A stretch of 64,000 nucleotides of DNA from Octopus sinensis (lineage: Eukaryota), in contig NC_043024.1 in assembly GCF_006345805.1 (NCBI RefSeq), forward strand, positions 19,902,001 to 19,966,000, in the 5' to 3' direction. Position numbers and translations under genes: made by a program. Shown piece after piece: positions 49,778-63,304 of the stretch (positions are counted from its first letter, which is position 1; each line of letters begins with the position of its first letter). The notes under the pieces were generated by a model that worked only from the letters and a program-made list of their open reading frames with translations, did not search any database and was not told where the DNA came from.

Positions 49778-50529
49778 CTATATATGTATATACACACACA
49801 CACGCATATATATAGGACATTTCATCGAGGTCAATAACCACGTGAAATTCTAAACCACACAGTTATGCATAATGAGGTTATATATTTGTATATCATTTGC
49901 TTCACTGTTAGTTTGTTAGTATTTAGTTATTGCTCCGAGATTTTCTAATTTCGAGTTGCCTTTCATTCTCATTGTTTTGCAAGAGATAACTCAACGATGT
50001 GAATGGTTTACGTAATGGACGACATTTGATTAATATATATCACCATTTTGTTGCTCTAGCCGCAGATATGGCTACGTGGTCAAGCAGTTCGCTCTAGAAG
50101 CTAGTGGTTTCCAGTTCATTCTCGATCTGTGGCCCCTTGGACAAGTGTCTCCTTGACCGGCCAACGACTCAGTAAATGTGTTAGAAACAAGCGCTGCGGA
50201 AGTACGTGGTGCATATATATATGCTTTTATTCTTCTGATTTTACTTGTTTCACTTATTTGACTGCGGCCATGCTGGAGCCCCACCTCTTAGTCGAAAGAA
50301 TCAACCCCAGGACTTATTGTTCGTAAGGCTAGTACGTATTCTATCAATCTCTTTTGCGAAGACATAAACACAGCAACATCGGTTGTCGAGCTATGGGAGC
50401 GGACAAAGACACACCTACAATATATATATATATACGACGGGGTTCTTTCAATTTCCATCAACCAACTCCACTCAAAAATATGTTATTTTACTGATTTCAG
50501 TTTCATACCTGTCTAAAGTAGACAAAAAA

Positions 50530-50800
50530 TTGAAATATGTCATCAAATGCAATGCATGCAGGGGAGACTACATTGGACAAACGAACATCACTTTCAAAAT
50601 GAGATTAAATATTCATCGTCAGCAAATGCCTGATACCAAAACTAGACAAATTCCATTCAGTGTATAACTTGACACATGTGCCGAAGCAAAATATCTCAAA
50701 TTTCTTGTCTTCCCATTTTGTCAATCTGCAGACAATAAACCCAGATTAAATATGGAAGGGTCGATTATTAGAGAAAATACAAACTACAGCCGAACAGGAA
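50530..50800 (+). mobile_element. Penelope-like element GIY-YIG endonuclease fragment (pseudogenised)
   Basis: LKYVIKCNACRGDYIGQTNITFKMRLNIHRQQ...RQIPFSV*LDTCA: GIY/YIG strands, conserved Arg and His; internal stop. Confidence 0.75.
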
Positions 50801-51712
50801 AAAGAATTAGTTTATAAACGATTTCTTTCTTATAAATTAATTATTCAAGAATGTCTGTTCTTAGGAGTACCAAAACTCATGTAATTGATATAATCTACCT
50901 TATTTACTTCACACTGCGTTTATTACCCCAGACCATCTTAAAAACCAACGGACATGTTTTAACATGTTCAATGGAAGGGGAATAATGGTATCCATATTAC
51001 TGTATTCATCAACAGATCGATGAACAAAAATGATCTATAACAATTTAATGAAAACAATTATTTCTCTTCAAGTTTAACGTGATATCACCCCATTTGTAGC
51101 AACATGCCTAAATCTATCAATATTTATTTTCTGAAAATAATAGCTTTTATAACCTTTATAATGTGAACAAAACTAGTATCCTTCCACTCTCTAACATTAT
51201 CCCCCAACTATGCTAAATTAAAAATTGAAAATTACTGCCTTAGACTGACCCATATCCATGAAAAGCCCATATCAAATTTCAACCCAATGGTTGGAAAATA
51301 TCTAACCTATATATAATGCTAATATGGAATTGGTGCTGACCCGTGTATTGGACTGTCAATTTTCCACAAATGGCAATACAATACCCTTACTACTTCTAAG
51401 TGGCTCCCGCACCACTCCTTTAATCTGTTTTCCCCTGTTCTCTGTTCTACTTGAACATCCCCCATCTCCCCCCACCTTTCCACATACGATAGCCATTCCT
51501 CATGTTGTCAATTTGTTATATCCAGAAATGGCTCTGACGAAAACAGCATTAATTTTCCTAAGACGTTCAAATCGCTTCAATTGATTAATAGGACCAACAG
51601 AGTAAACCTATCAGTTATTTACCGATAACGACTACTGCAAACAGCTGTAAGACAAATAAAAGGGTTATATGTAACGGCCCTTATGTTAAATTGTTACATA
51701 TTCTACGGTCCA

Positions 51713-51869
51713 AGGAATAGCAGTGTGGTAAGTAGCGTGCTTACCAACCATGTGGTTCAGGATTCATTCCCACTGTGTGGAACCTTGGATAAATGTCTTC
51801 TACTATAGCCTCAGGCTGACCAAATCCTTGTGAGTGGATTTGGTAGACAGAAACTGAAAGAAGCCCGTC

Positions 51870-51929
<60 letters not shown>

Positions 51930-52117
51930 GTGTGTTTATATGTTTGTGTGTTTGTGTTTGTCCCCCAACATCGCTTGACAACCGCTGGTGGTGTGTTTAC
52001 GTCCCCATAACTTAGAGGTTCGGCAAAAAGACCGATATAATAAGTACTAGGCTTACAAAGAATAAAGGCGGTGCTCCAGCATGGCTGCAGTCAAATGACT
52101 GGAATGAGTAAATAAGT
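51713..52117 (+). mobile_element. SINE-B, diverged, internal deletion
   Basis: Family head, body and tail. Confidence 0.85.
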
Positions 52118-52126
52118 AATGAGTAC

Positions 52127-52158
<32 letters not shown>

Positions 52159-52637
52159 TATATATATATATATATATACATATATAATATATATATATAA
52201 TATATATATATATACACATACATATATATATATTATATAGAGACATAGGTAGATCTATAGATATAGATATATACACACATCCATACACACATATACATAC
52301 ATACCATTAAACACCATAATTATATCAAAAGCCTCCAACTAAATATACCGATAATTTACGGAAAGCAATATTGGTGTTGTCTTGTGCTACAATCTGGAAC
52401 TACTATTAGTAATTTCCCGTAAGGCGGCGAGCTGGCAGAATCGGTAACACGTCATCATTTCGTATCTCTTTACGTGCTGAGTTGAAATTCCACCGAGGGA
52501 AACTTTGACTTACATCTTTCATGTGTCGATACACTAGGTACCATGTGAGCACTGGAATGGATGCAATCCACTTCCTCATCCCCAGCCTTTGCAGGCCTTG
52601 TTTAAAAATTTTCAAACCATGTCAGTGACTTCCTATT

Positions 52638-53056
52638 AGGCGGCGAGCTGGCAGAAACGTTAGCACGTCGGGCGAAATGCTTGGCGGTATTTCGTCTGCC
52701 GTCACGTTGTGAGTTCAAATTCCACCGAGGTCGACGTTGCTTTTCATCTTTTCGGGGTCGATTAAATAATTACCAGTTACGCATTGGGGTCGATATAATT
52801 GGCTTAATCCGTTTGTCTGTCCTTATTCGTCGCCTCTGTGTTTAGCCCCTGGTGGGGAGTAAAGAAATAGGTATTTCGTCTGCCGTTACGTTTCTGAGTT
52901 CAAATTCCGCCGAGGTCGACTTTGCCTTTCATCCTTTCGGGGTCGATTAAATAAGTACCAGTTACGCACTGGGGTCGATATAATTGACTTAATTCGTTTG
53001 TCTGTCCTTGTTCGTCGCCTCTGTGTGTAGCCCCTTGTGGGCAGTAAAAAAATAAG
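52638..53056 (+). mobile_element. SINE-A dimer
   Basis: Junction aaagaaataggtatttcgtctgcc (52861-52884). Confidence 0.9.
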
Positions 53057-53579
53057 AATCGTTAACATGCCGGACAAAAATATTCTGTGCCATTTCGTCT
53101 GTCTCTACTTTCTTAGTCCCAATTCCGCCGAGGTTAGCTTTGCCTTTCTTCTCGATGGAATAGGTTGAAGTCGAGAACTGGCGTCGATGGAATCGACTCA
53201 CACTGTTCCTCAAATTCTTGGCCTTCTGGTAAAATTCCGAAATCGGTCATCCTGAATTCCTTTTGAAATCGTCATCTCCTTCTGCAGATACGTCACATAA
53301 TATTGGACATGCTTCATCCTTAGTGGACCTCTTCAGCGATCCATCTTATTGCCGTACTTCTTGAAACGGTAATGCACTTGCACATTGGATGAAGACTGAC
53401 AATTCACGATTTATGCGGTCAGTTTTCTTATTCTACAGATTGCAAGGACTTCACTCAGTGGATATCATATGACTTATGGTTTGCATCATATGCTCCAGCT
53501 TGACCACGAATCGTTCAAGTCCATCTATAATATCAAACATTCTGGTTCTACTTTTGATTTTCGTAACCCAAAATTTTCA

Positions 53580-53581
53580 TG

Positions 53582-53661
<80 letters not shown>

Positions 53662-53796
53662 CATTATTATTATTACTTTCGGGTTCGATAAATTAAGTAC
53701 CAATTACACTCTGGGGTCAATGTAATCGAAATAACCCCTTTGTCTGTCCTTGTTTTTCCCCTCTATGTTTGCAACCTTGTGGGTAGTAAAGAAAAA

Positions 53797-53837
<41 letters not shown>

Positions 53838-53857
53838 TATTATTATTATTATTATTA

Positions 53858-53924
<67 letters not shown>

Positions 53925-54365
53925 GTTATTATATTATTATTATTATTATGATTGTTATTATTATTATCATTGTTATTGTTGTTACTATTATTATTATTAT
54001 TGTTATTGTTGTTATTATTATTATTAATATTATTATTATTAATATTATCATTATTATTACTATTATTGTTATTAGTAAGTACAGTCACCTAATTCTTATT
54101 ACCATTATGGACATTAAAAGACTGTCTACTTATTCGACTCTTTTCTTTCTAATTCTTTCTCATCGTCTTCTCCAATGACTATCACGACTATCACTACGGC
54201 TGCATCTTTACTACTACTTTTGTCATTTTCATCATCATCGTCATCATCATCATCATCAAAATCAACGTCTTAATTATCATATTCATCTTCAACATCATCA
54301 TCATCATTATTTTTATTATAATAATAAAAATATTAATAATAATAATAATTGTTATAATAATAATA

Positions 54366-54400
<35 letters not shown>

Positions 54401-54423
54401 TATTATTATTATTGTTGTTGTTG

Positions 54424-54467
<44 letters not shown>

Positions 54468-54618
54468 GACAAGAAACCAGTGTTATTGTATGTGAGAAAT
54501 CATTATTAACATCCGAAATCATCATTATTATCATTCCTATAAATATGATTATTAATTCTATCATCATGAATATCCGTATAAACATTATCCATAACCTTAT
54601 TATTATTAATATTCACGG

Positions 54619-54651
<33 letters not shown>

Positions 54652-54840
54652 TATTATTATCATTATTCAATTGCTGTTATGATCATCATTCGTACAACAC
54701 AACGTTTTTGTTGTTTTTGTTGTTGTTGTTGTTGTTGTTGTTATTAGTATTATCAAGATCATCATTGTTGTTATTACAACTATTTCTATTAATATATCTC
54801 ACTTCTTGTACTTCTCCTTCATCTTTTTCTTCTTCTTCTT

Positions 54841-54908
<68 letters not shown>

Positions 54909-54914
54909 TACTAC

Positions 54915-54960
<46 letters not shown>

Positions 54961-54976
54961 GTCATCATCATCATCA

Positions 54977-55011
<35 letters not shown>

Positions 55012-55040
55012 GTTATTATTATTATTATGTCATATGAAAT
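53580..55040. repeat. (ATT)n/(CAT)n/(CTT)n simple-repeat block with short SINE remnants
   Basis: Direct reading. Confidence 0.9.
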
Positions 55041-55665
55041 TTTCATTGTTGTTATTATTATGCTTCATTTTTAATTCGCTATTATCAATTGGTATTGGAA
55101 AATGTATTGATGCTGGTGTGGGTGATCGTTGTGTTGCTGATGGAGGATGGCTCCAGATAACATGGTGGGTTGGATGGTTCGGTGGTTGGTTGGTCGGTTC
55201 CTTCACTGGCTGAATAGTTGGCCGGTTTGGCTGGTGGGTTCCGGTCTATTTCGTTCGTTTGTGAATGGCAAGATTGAGAAGCGTGGAGGAGAAGGGAAAA
55301 GGCTGGAAAGCCTGCAAGGTGTGGGGCGAGGAAGGGTTGCGGGTGGTATGGCACGCGAATAAAAAGATTGTGTGTGATGGCATTGTATTGCGACCGAGGA
55401 CTCTATACGCAGAGTTGTCCACAGTGTCTTGGAGAATATGTTGTTTGAAGCAAATGCTTGATACAATCCATCAATTTCCAGATAGAATAGACTAGAAAAT
55501 GGAAACGAGAGATAAGGCTTTGATAAAGAGGACAACAGAGAGAGGAGGACAGAAGGGGCGAGGAGAGGAGAGGAGCGGAGAAGAGAAGAGAAGAAAAGAA
55601 ATGCGATAGAGAATTTAAGTGAAAGCGTAAGTGCAAGAGAGTTGGCTGGCAATATCGGTGTTCTT

Positions 55666-55709
<44 letters not shown>

Positions 55710-55897
55710 TATTGTTACTGTTCTTCTGTAAGATGGTGGCGGTGGCGGTGGTGGTGGTGTTGTTGCTGCTGGTGGCTGATATATGGATAACAATGGAAAG
55801 ATAGAAAAAGGTGTAAGGAGAATACGAGAAGGAAGCGAGAATGTTAAAGAGAAAGGCAAGCTTCTAATCTATAAAATCGATAAACGAATTGACGAAT

Positions 55898-55977
<80 letters not shown>

Positions 55978-55990
55978 CATACATACATAT

Positions 55991-56073
<83 letters not shown>

Positions 56074-56486
56074 AATATATATATATATATACATAATATA
56101 TATATATATAAATATTGATTACTAACATTTCAATTCTAGGACTGTGTATGCATATTCTTATACACATACACAAATACATTATTACATGTGTATATCTATA
56201 TATGTATATAAACATATATAAATATGCATATATATGCATATATAAATATGCGTGTATATATACACGCATATACATATATACACATGTGTGTGTAAGTATA
56301 TGCATACATATATGTATATATGGACTGTTATTAGACATTGGGACAATTGCTTCTTGGTTCTTCTTCATTCCCTTCACTAACATTTTGAGTTCGAATGCCA
56401 CCGAGACCAAACTTGAGTTAATATATCCGGGGTCGAGTATATGCCAAACTGATATAAATACGTGGGAATGTGTGTGCGCATATGTG

Positions 56487-56536
<50 letters not shown>

Positions 56537-57200
56537 AGTGTGTGTGTGTGTGTGTAAGAGTGTCTATATATGTATATATGTATGTATTTACATGTTTATA
56601 CATCTCCTTTTGATATCCAGAAGCATTTCTTCCATCGTAGACGTTTTGAAGCTCCACTCGCTCTAAAGTTATCATCGGCGTCTTTCACAGTTTTGTGTGG
56701 GAAGCAAATTTTCTCTTAAAAATCCCTATTTTTTTAAAACTGGAAGTAAACAACTAACCAGTAACTTATAACATATTTGTGGTTGTGTGTCTAAATTTAA
56801 AATCCTTATTCACTTTGGTTTATGTCCAAATTTCATTGAGTTCAACACTACACTCCATCCATCCTGGTTCAATAGACTTAAGTAAATGTAAATCCGTGAC
56901 TAACAACATGGACCCCACTCGACAAAAATGCTGGGTTTTGCGTAAGCCTAGTACTCGCTGACATGTAACTGAAATGTATCACTCCGTTCTGTGACCGAAT
57001 CATTCACTGATGAGTTTCTTGATAGTCATACGTCTCTCTAATATAATAACTGCTTTCTGGAACTCTGCTGCTCTCTGGAACTCACAAAGATTGTCATATT
57101 TTCAGATTGAGAACCCAGTCAAGCTGTTGAATTATCTTCTTTCTACTAAAGGCGGCGAGCTGGCAGCATCGTAGGCACTTACCGCGCTATTTAGTCAGTC

Positions 57201-58110
57201 TTAGCGGCATTTTGTCAGTCTTAGTGGCATTTCGTCAGTCTTAGCAGTATTTCGTCAGTCTTTACGGCATTTCATCAGTCTTAGCGACATTTCGTCAGTC
57301 TTAGCGGTATTTCGTCAGTCTTAGCGAAATTTCGTCAGTCTCAGCGGCATTTCGTCCGTCTTAGCGGCATTTCGTCAGTCTCAGCGACATTTCGTCAGTC
57401 TTAGCGGTATTTCGTCAGTCTCAGCGACATTTCGTCAGTCTTAGCGACATTTCGTCAGTCTTAGCGGCATTTCGTCAGTCTTAGCGAAATTTCGTCAGTC
57501 TTAGCGACATTTCGTCAGTCTTAGCGGCATTTCGTCAGTCTCAGCGACATTTCATCAGTCTTAGCGGTATTTCGTCAGTCTCAGCGACATTTCGTCAGTC
57601 TTAGCGGTATTTCGTCAGTCTTAGCGAAATTTCGTCAGTCTTAGCGACATTTCGTCAGTCTTAGCGGTATTTCGTCAGTCTCAGCGACATTTCGTCCGTC
57701 TTAGCGACATTTCGTCAGTCTTAGCGGTATTTCGTCAGTCTTAGCGACATTTCGTCAGTCTTAGCGACATTTCGTCAGTCTTAGCGACATTTCGTCAGTC
57801 TTAGCGGTATTTCGTCAGTCTTAGCGACATTTCGTCAGTCTTAGCGACATTTCGTCAGTCTTAGCGAAATTTCGTCAGTCTTAGCGACATTTCGTCAGTC
57901 TTAGCGACATTTCGTCAGTCTCAGCGACATTTCGTCAGTCTTAGCGGTATTTCGTCAGTCTTAGCGAAATTTCGTCAGTCTTAGCGACATTTCGTCAGTC
58001 TTAGCGAAATTTCGTCTGTCTTAGCGACATTTCGTCCATCTTAGCGGCATTTCGTCAGTCTCAGCGACATTTCGTCCGTCTTAGCGGCATTTCGTCAGTG
58101 TTAGCGACAT
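57201..58110 (+). repeat. 20-bp minisatellite, 45 full units (consensus TTAGCGACATTTCGTCAGTC), inside a SINE-A head that starts at 57151
   Basis: Strict 20-bp period; unit variant ttagcggtatttcgtcagtc matches SINE-A ttggcggtatttcgtctgcc (52681-52700) at 17/20. Confidence 0.95.
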
Positions 58111-58464
58111 CGTCATCACCATCATTACCATCATCATCATCATCATCATCATAATCATCATCATCATCATCATCACCACCATTAGCATTATGATCTTCAT
58201 CTTAATGTTGATGGTATGGAAGGGGTTGTAGTACTGGGGGTGGTAGTGAGGAGGATAACGATAGGGATGCTGATGAGCTAGACAATGATGTCAATAATGG
58301 CGTTGATAGCGGTGATTCTGATGAGGGGGATGAAAATCGCGGTCCTGTTGATGATGATGATGATGATGATGACGTTGATGATGATGAGGAGGAGGCGGAG
58401 GTGGAGGAGGAGGCGGAGGAGGATGAGGAGGAGGAGGAGGAGGAGGAGGATGGCGATGATGGTG

Positions 58465-58514
<50 letters not shown>

Positions 58515-58588
58515 GGTCATGAATGGTGAGGATGATGATGATGGTGATGAAGATGGTGATGATGATGATGATATGATGATGATGATGA

Positions 58589-58629
<41 letters not shown>

Positions 58630-59011
58630 GGTCATGAATGGTGAGGATGATGATGATGGTGACGATGATACGTGATGATGGTGGTAGTGGTAGCGTTGCT
58701 GGTGCCGGTGATGGTGGTTGTGGTAGTGGTGATGTATTTCTGAGGCGTCAGGTTTGTTGATAACGAATATAATGAATGTGACAATGACGTTTCCGTCGAT
58801 GATTGATTCTCTAACAAGGAGCGCGATGTATTGATCACGATGACGACTGAAACGGTGCTCCTAAAATGATGATGACGGCGATGACAATGACGATGAGGAT
58901 GATGATGATGAAGACGACGACGACGACGATGATGATGATGAAGATGATGATGATGATGATGATGACGATGATGATGATGACGATGATGATGATAACGATG
59001 ATGATGATAAC

Positions 59012-59067
<56 letters not shown>

Positions 59068-59200
59068 CGACGATGATGATGATGACGATGATGATGATGA
59101 CGATGGTGGTGGTGGTGGTGATAATGGTGATGATGATGATGTTGATGATGATGGTGGTGATGGTGATGATGATAGGGGTAGTGGTGGTAGATGGTTGCGG
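58111..59200. repeat. (CAT)n/(GAT)n/(GAG)n triplet-repeat block
   Basis: Direct reading. Confidence 0.95.
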
Positions 59201-59306
59201 TGGCGATAATGGCGTTCAGTATGATGGAGATGCAGTCGTGAACGATTTATCATTGAAAACAAGCAAAAACAATTGTTACGAATAATTGAAATCAAGGTGA
59301 CAGAGA

Positions 59307-59385
<79 letters not shown>

Positions 59386-59460
59386 TATATGTATGTATAT
59401 ATATATATACTGTTATGCGTGTTTGTGTGTTTGGCTCTTTGTGTATATGTATTGATTTAT

Positions 59461-59529
<69 letters not shown>

Positions 59530-59799
59530 CATATATATATACATATAGCAGTATATTATATATATGTATACATATGTATATGTATATATATATGTATATA
59601 TATATGTATATATATATATGTATATATATATGTATATATATATATATATATACATATATGTATATATATAGGTATATATATTTGTGTATAGAAAGGGAGG
59701 GTGAGAGAATGAGAGACACAAATATACCTGTATGCTTACTTATGAATATATATATATATCTTTATTGGTATATTAATATATGTTTTTTGAGGAACATTT

Positions 59800-61140
59800 C
59801 GATGTAATGGTGGATTGTCAACGGCTTTGGGACATAGTAATTAAATTTGTAGTTGAAAACACATTAACTGACAGGAAAGAGTGGAAGTTGTCAGAAGATT
59901 GGAAAAGAGTTACCTGTATCAGGACGAGTCACTCCAGCTACCAGAACGCCAGCATCATGACTGCTGTTCAATTCTTTGTGCGCAATGCAAAAGTTATAAC
60001 TACATCTATAATATAGATTACGAAACTGTGGCCTGCAAGAAGTGACTCAACAGTGGCTCTGTCTGTGTCAGCACGTCTTGGTTCATCGGGCAACTGATTA
60101 AATAGGCTTTAGTCTACATTTAGACAGCTATGTGAGACTGCTGGAGACTGTGAACAAATGTTGGCTGGAGAGGGTTGCTGTTGGAAGGCCACATATGAAG
60201 CAACAGATGATGGTTCTTTGACATAATCCGGCAAAAAAACTAGGCCTGCAAGAAATGACCCAACAGTCGCTGTCTGCGTCAACACGTCTTGGTTCACCGG
60301 ACAACTGATTAAATAGGTTTTAGTCTACATTCAGACCGCTATGTGAAACTGCTGGAGACTGTGAACAAAGGCTGGCTGGGGAGGATTGCTGCTGGAAGGC
60401 CACATGTGAAGCAGTAGATGATGGTTCTTTGATATAAATCCGGAAAAAAACAGAAGTGGCTTACGAAGAATGAATATGATTTCATTCACCAATGACAATT
60501 CCCAGACTTCTAATTTCTCCGATAGTAATTCCATAGTTGACGAAATGTTCTTTGATCCTTCTCGAACCACGGCTGGCACATAAGGACCGGTTTCCCGGTT
60601 TCCTTGGCGTATAGGTTCGCCAGCTAAACGGGACGCCGGTCAATCGCAGGTGAGCTGCAAGATGCAGGAGGAAAGAGTGAGAGAAAGTTGTGGCGAAAGA
60701 ATCAGCAGAAGTTCGCAATTACCTTCTGCCGGAGCCGCGTGGAGCTTAGGTTTTTTGGTTATAAAAACACAGTTCGCCCCGTCTGAGATTCGACCCCACG
60801 AGTCCGCTGCTCTAACCACTAGGCCATGTACCTCCACTTACTATATGTAGGTTTCCATTTAAGATGATACCATCCGCAGTGCCTGCAAAATCAAGTCCGA
60901 GCTTCTAGTCATAACCACAGACATGTTTGAAGATCTTCACAGAGAAACAGTGTCCAGAGGCGTTTGGGGCTGTCGTGAAACATTAATGCGTCTATTTTGA
61001 GGAAACTGTTTTTTACAAACCAAGTTTTAGCTGATGTTATTTGCTTTCATTTCAAAATAATTAAATAATTTTCTTTTTGGATGGGATCTTGCGGTTTCTT
61101 TTCCTATGAGGCAAATTATCGAATATAGCTTGAACACTCC
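59800..61140 (+). mobile_element. Decayed Tc1/mariner-superfamily (DD37D/maT-like) transposase with a 213-bp tandem duplication and a SINE-C insertion
   Basis: DSYVRLLETVNKCWLERVAVGRPHMKQQ (twice), QKWLTKNEYDF, NFSDSNSIVD and, after the SINE, YY..DDTIRSACKIKSELL...MFEDLHRETV; collinear with the maT-type catalytic region as I recall it; ends uncertain. Confidence 0.6.
60545..60835 (-). mobile_element. SINE-C, tail type 2
   Basis: Reverse complement of the 44407-44709 family. Confidence 0.85.
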
Positions 61141-61480
61141 GTGCGTATGTATATGCATATGTATATATTTATACACACACACAAACACAAAAACACACAC
61201 ACAAACACACATATATGTACGTACGCTTAAAAATATCAATAAGAATAAAGAGTATGAAGACTTGTACATCCACAAAAATTTAATTTATAGTTATATATTC
61301 CATATTATAATACTTTCTACTATCGGCACAAGGCCTGCAATTTTTGAGGAAGGGGCCAGTCGGTTACATCGACGCCAATGCTCAACCGGTATTTGATTTA
61401 TCGACCACAAAAAGATGAAAGGCAAAATCAACCTCGGCGGAATTTGAACTCAGAACATAGCGGTAGATACAGCATATTAT

Positions 61481-61791
61481 CATCGCGATCACCGTGACCG
61501 ACCAGACCATCAGATGTTGCTACACATCGCTGGTCACAATGCGCTTCGCATTGTTTCAGCCTTCAAATGACGTCACCCCGCTGGCTAAGCGAGCAGGCCA
61601 ACATAAGAAAGAGTGAGAGAAAATTGTGGTGAAAGAGTACTGCAGGGATCGCCACTAACCCCTGTCAGAGCATCCTGGAGCTGTAGATATTTTCGCTCAG
61701 TAAACACTCACAACGCCCGGTCTGGGAATCGAAACCGCGATCCTACAACCGTGAGTCCGCTGCCCTAAGCACTGGACCATTGCGCCTCCAC
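61481..61791 (-). mobile_element. SINE-C, tail type 3
   Basis: 12-bp TSD acagcatattat (61469-61480 / 61792-61803). Confidence 0.9.
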
Positions 61792-62879
61792 ACAGCATAT
61801 TATAATGACCTACTTGTGGTTTCACAGCGGCGAAGCCTCACTGTTGCAAATGCAACATTGCTATATTGTCGGTGCAGCTTCATCAGTGTCTGTCCCTTTG
61901 ATCCTCCCCAAATTGAACTGATTGAAGTAAACCGTTGTTAGTGTTCCATGGGATGTGGGACGTTGTTATTTACAATTATGTGCTGATGGACCCAAATTTA
62001 CCCTAGTCGCTGTCCGAAGTTAGGGCTCGGTGTAAACTAGATTAAGGTCGAAATTATTTCTGTCTTAGGCACCTTGTTCGTTTTACTGGTTGTGTGTGTT
62101 GCATGTGTTAAGTTTTCGATTTCGAATTTAGTGCTTGTATTGAAGGATTCATATTTGTTTATATTCATTTCTTTGTTTGGCCGCTCATGTTTTGTGTTAT
62201 AAATTTAGCAATGCTTTTTTTATTAACGATGGTTATATATTTTTGTGTTAAAGTTGTGTTATTTAATTTCTTATGTCAACCTCAAATCTTGCTGGGGCGT
62301 TGACTGTCTAGAATTATACCTATATCGTATAAAGCGTCCTACCGTGTTTGTGTAAACATCTTGCGGCTTGTTCGTGACTTGTATTAATTAATACGTATTT
62401 TGATATAAATATTTTCTAAGGTCCTTTTCCGGATAGGTCGTATCTATTTCCCCCGACTCCTTAAGGCTTAGCAATACTAATTTTTCCCCAATAGATAGAA
62501 TAGGAATTGCTTTTGCCTATAATTAGCCAAATTAGTTTACTTACGCCCGTATCATTTGCTTTCTTCCTCTCTTTCCAAGAATCTAAATCATTAGCTTGTC
62601 TCTTTTTGCAAAAACAAAAAAAGAAAAGAGAGAAAGAACTGGCCCCTATATTAAAGTATTATTTTCCCTCCGAGTTATCTTTGCATCTATATACACAATT
62701 CTTAGGGTAACAGCTTGAGTGCAACGAGCATGCTCTTTTGTATAGTATAGTTGCATAGCCCTGCTTATCCGTTTCTATTATTTATTGTTATTGACTTCCC
62801 AACTAACAGCGGAACCTGAAGCTGTCCAAAATCATCAAACTAAAATGACTGAAACAGTGCAGTGAATGAGTTACATGCA

Positions 62880-63297
62880 TAGGCGCAGGAGTAGCTGTGT
62901 GGTAAGTAGCTTGCTAACCAACCACATGGTTCCGGGTTCGGTCCCACTGCGCGGCATCTTGGGAAAGTGTCTTCTGCTATAGCCCCGGGCCGACCAATGC
63001 CTTGTGAGTGGATTTGGTAGACGGAAACTGAAAGAAGCCCGTCGTATATATGTATATATATATATATATATGTATGTATGTGTGTTTGTGTGTCTGTGTT
63101 TGTCCCCCTAGCATTGCTTGACAACCGATGCTGGTGTGTTTACGTCCCCGTCACCTAGCAGTTCGGCAAAAGAGACCGATAGAATAAGTACTGGGCTTAC
63201 AAAAGAATAAGTCCCGGGGTCGAGTTGCTCGACTAAAGGCGGTGCTCCAGCATGGCTGCAGTCAAATGGCTGAAACAAGTAAAAGAGTAAAAGAGAG
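62880..63297 (+). mobile_element. SINE-B, full length, young
   Basis: Family head, body and tail with CpGs retained. Confidence 0.92.
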
Positions 63298-63304
63298 TAT
63301 AGGC

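Noticed and set aside
57201-58110. Regular repeats resembling a CRISPR array (also 10047-11366)
   Set aside because: There are no unique spacers and no cas genes; both derive from SINE sequence in a eukaryotic context.
15998-59807. Long ORFs of poly-L/I/Y/M/S and YIYI/VCVC/HTHT composition (e.g. 15998-16459, 17804-18781, 38980-39774, 58866-59285)
   Set aside because: They are translations of microsatellites that lack stops in some frames; there are no splice signals or domain content.
61805-61892. Minus-strand CUGAUGA...GAAAC...GUC hammerhead-like arrangement
   Set aside because: Stem III can pair, but stem I cannot and stem II is poor; probably chance.
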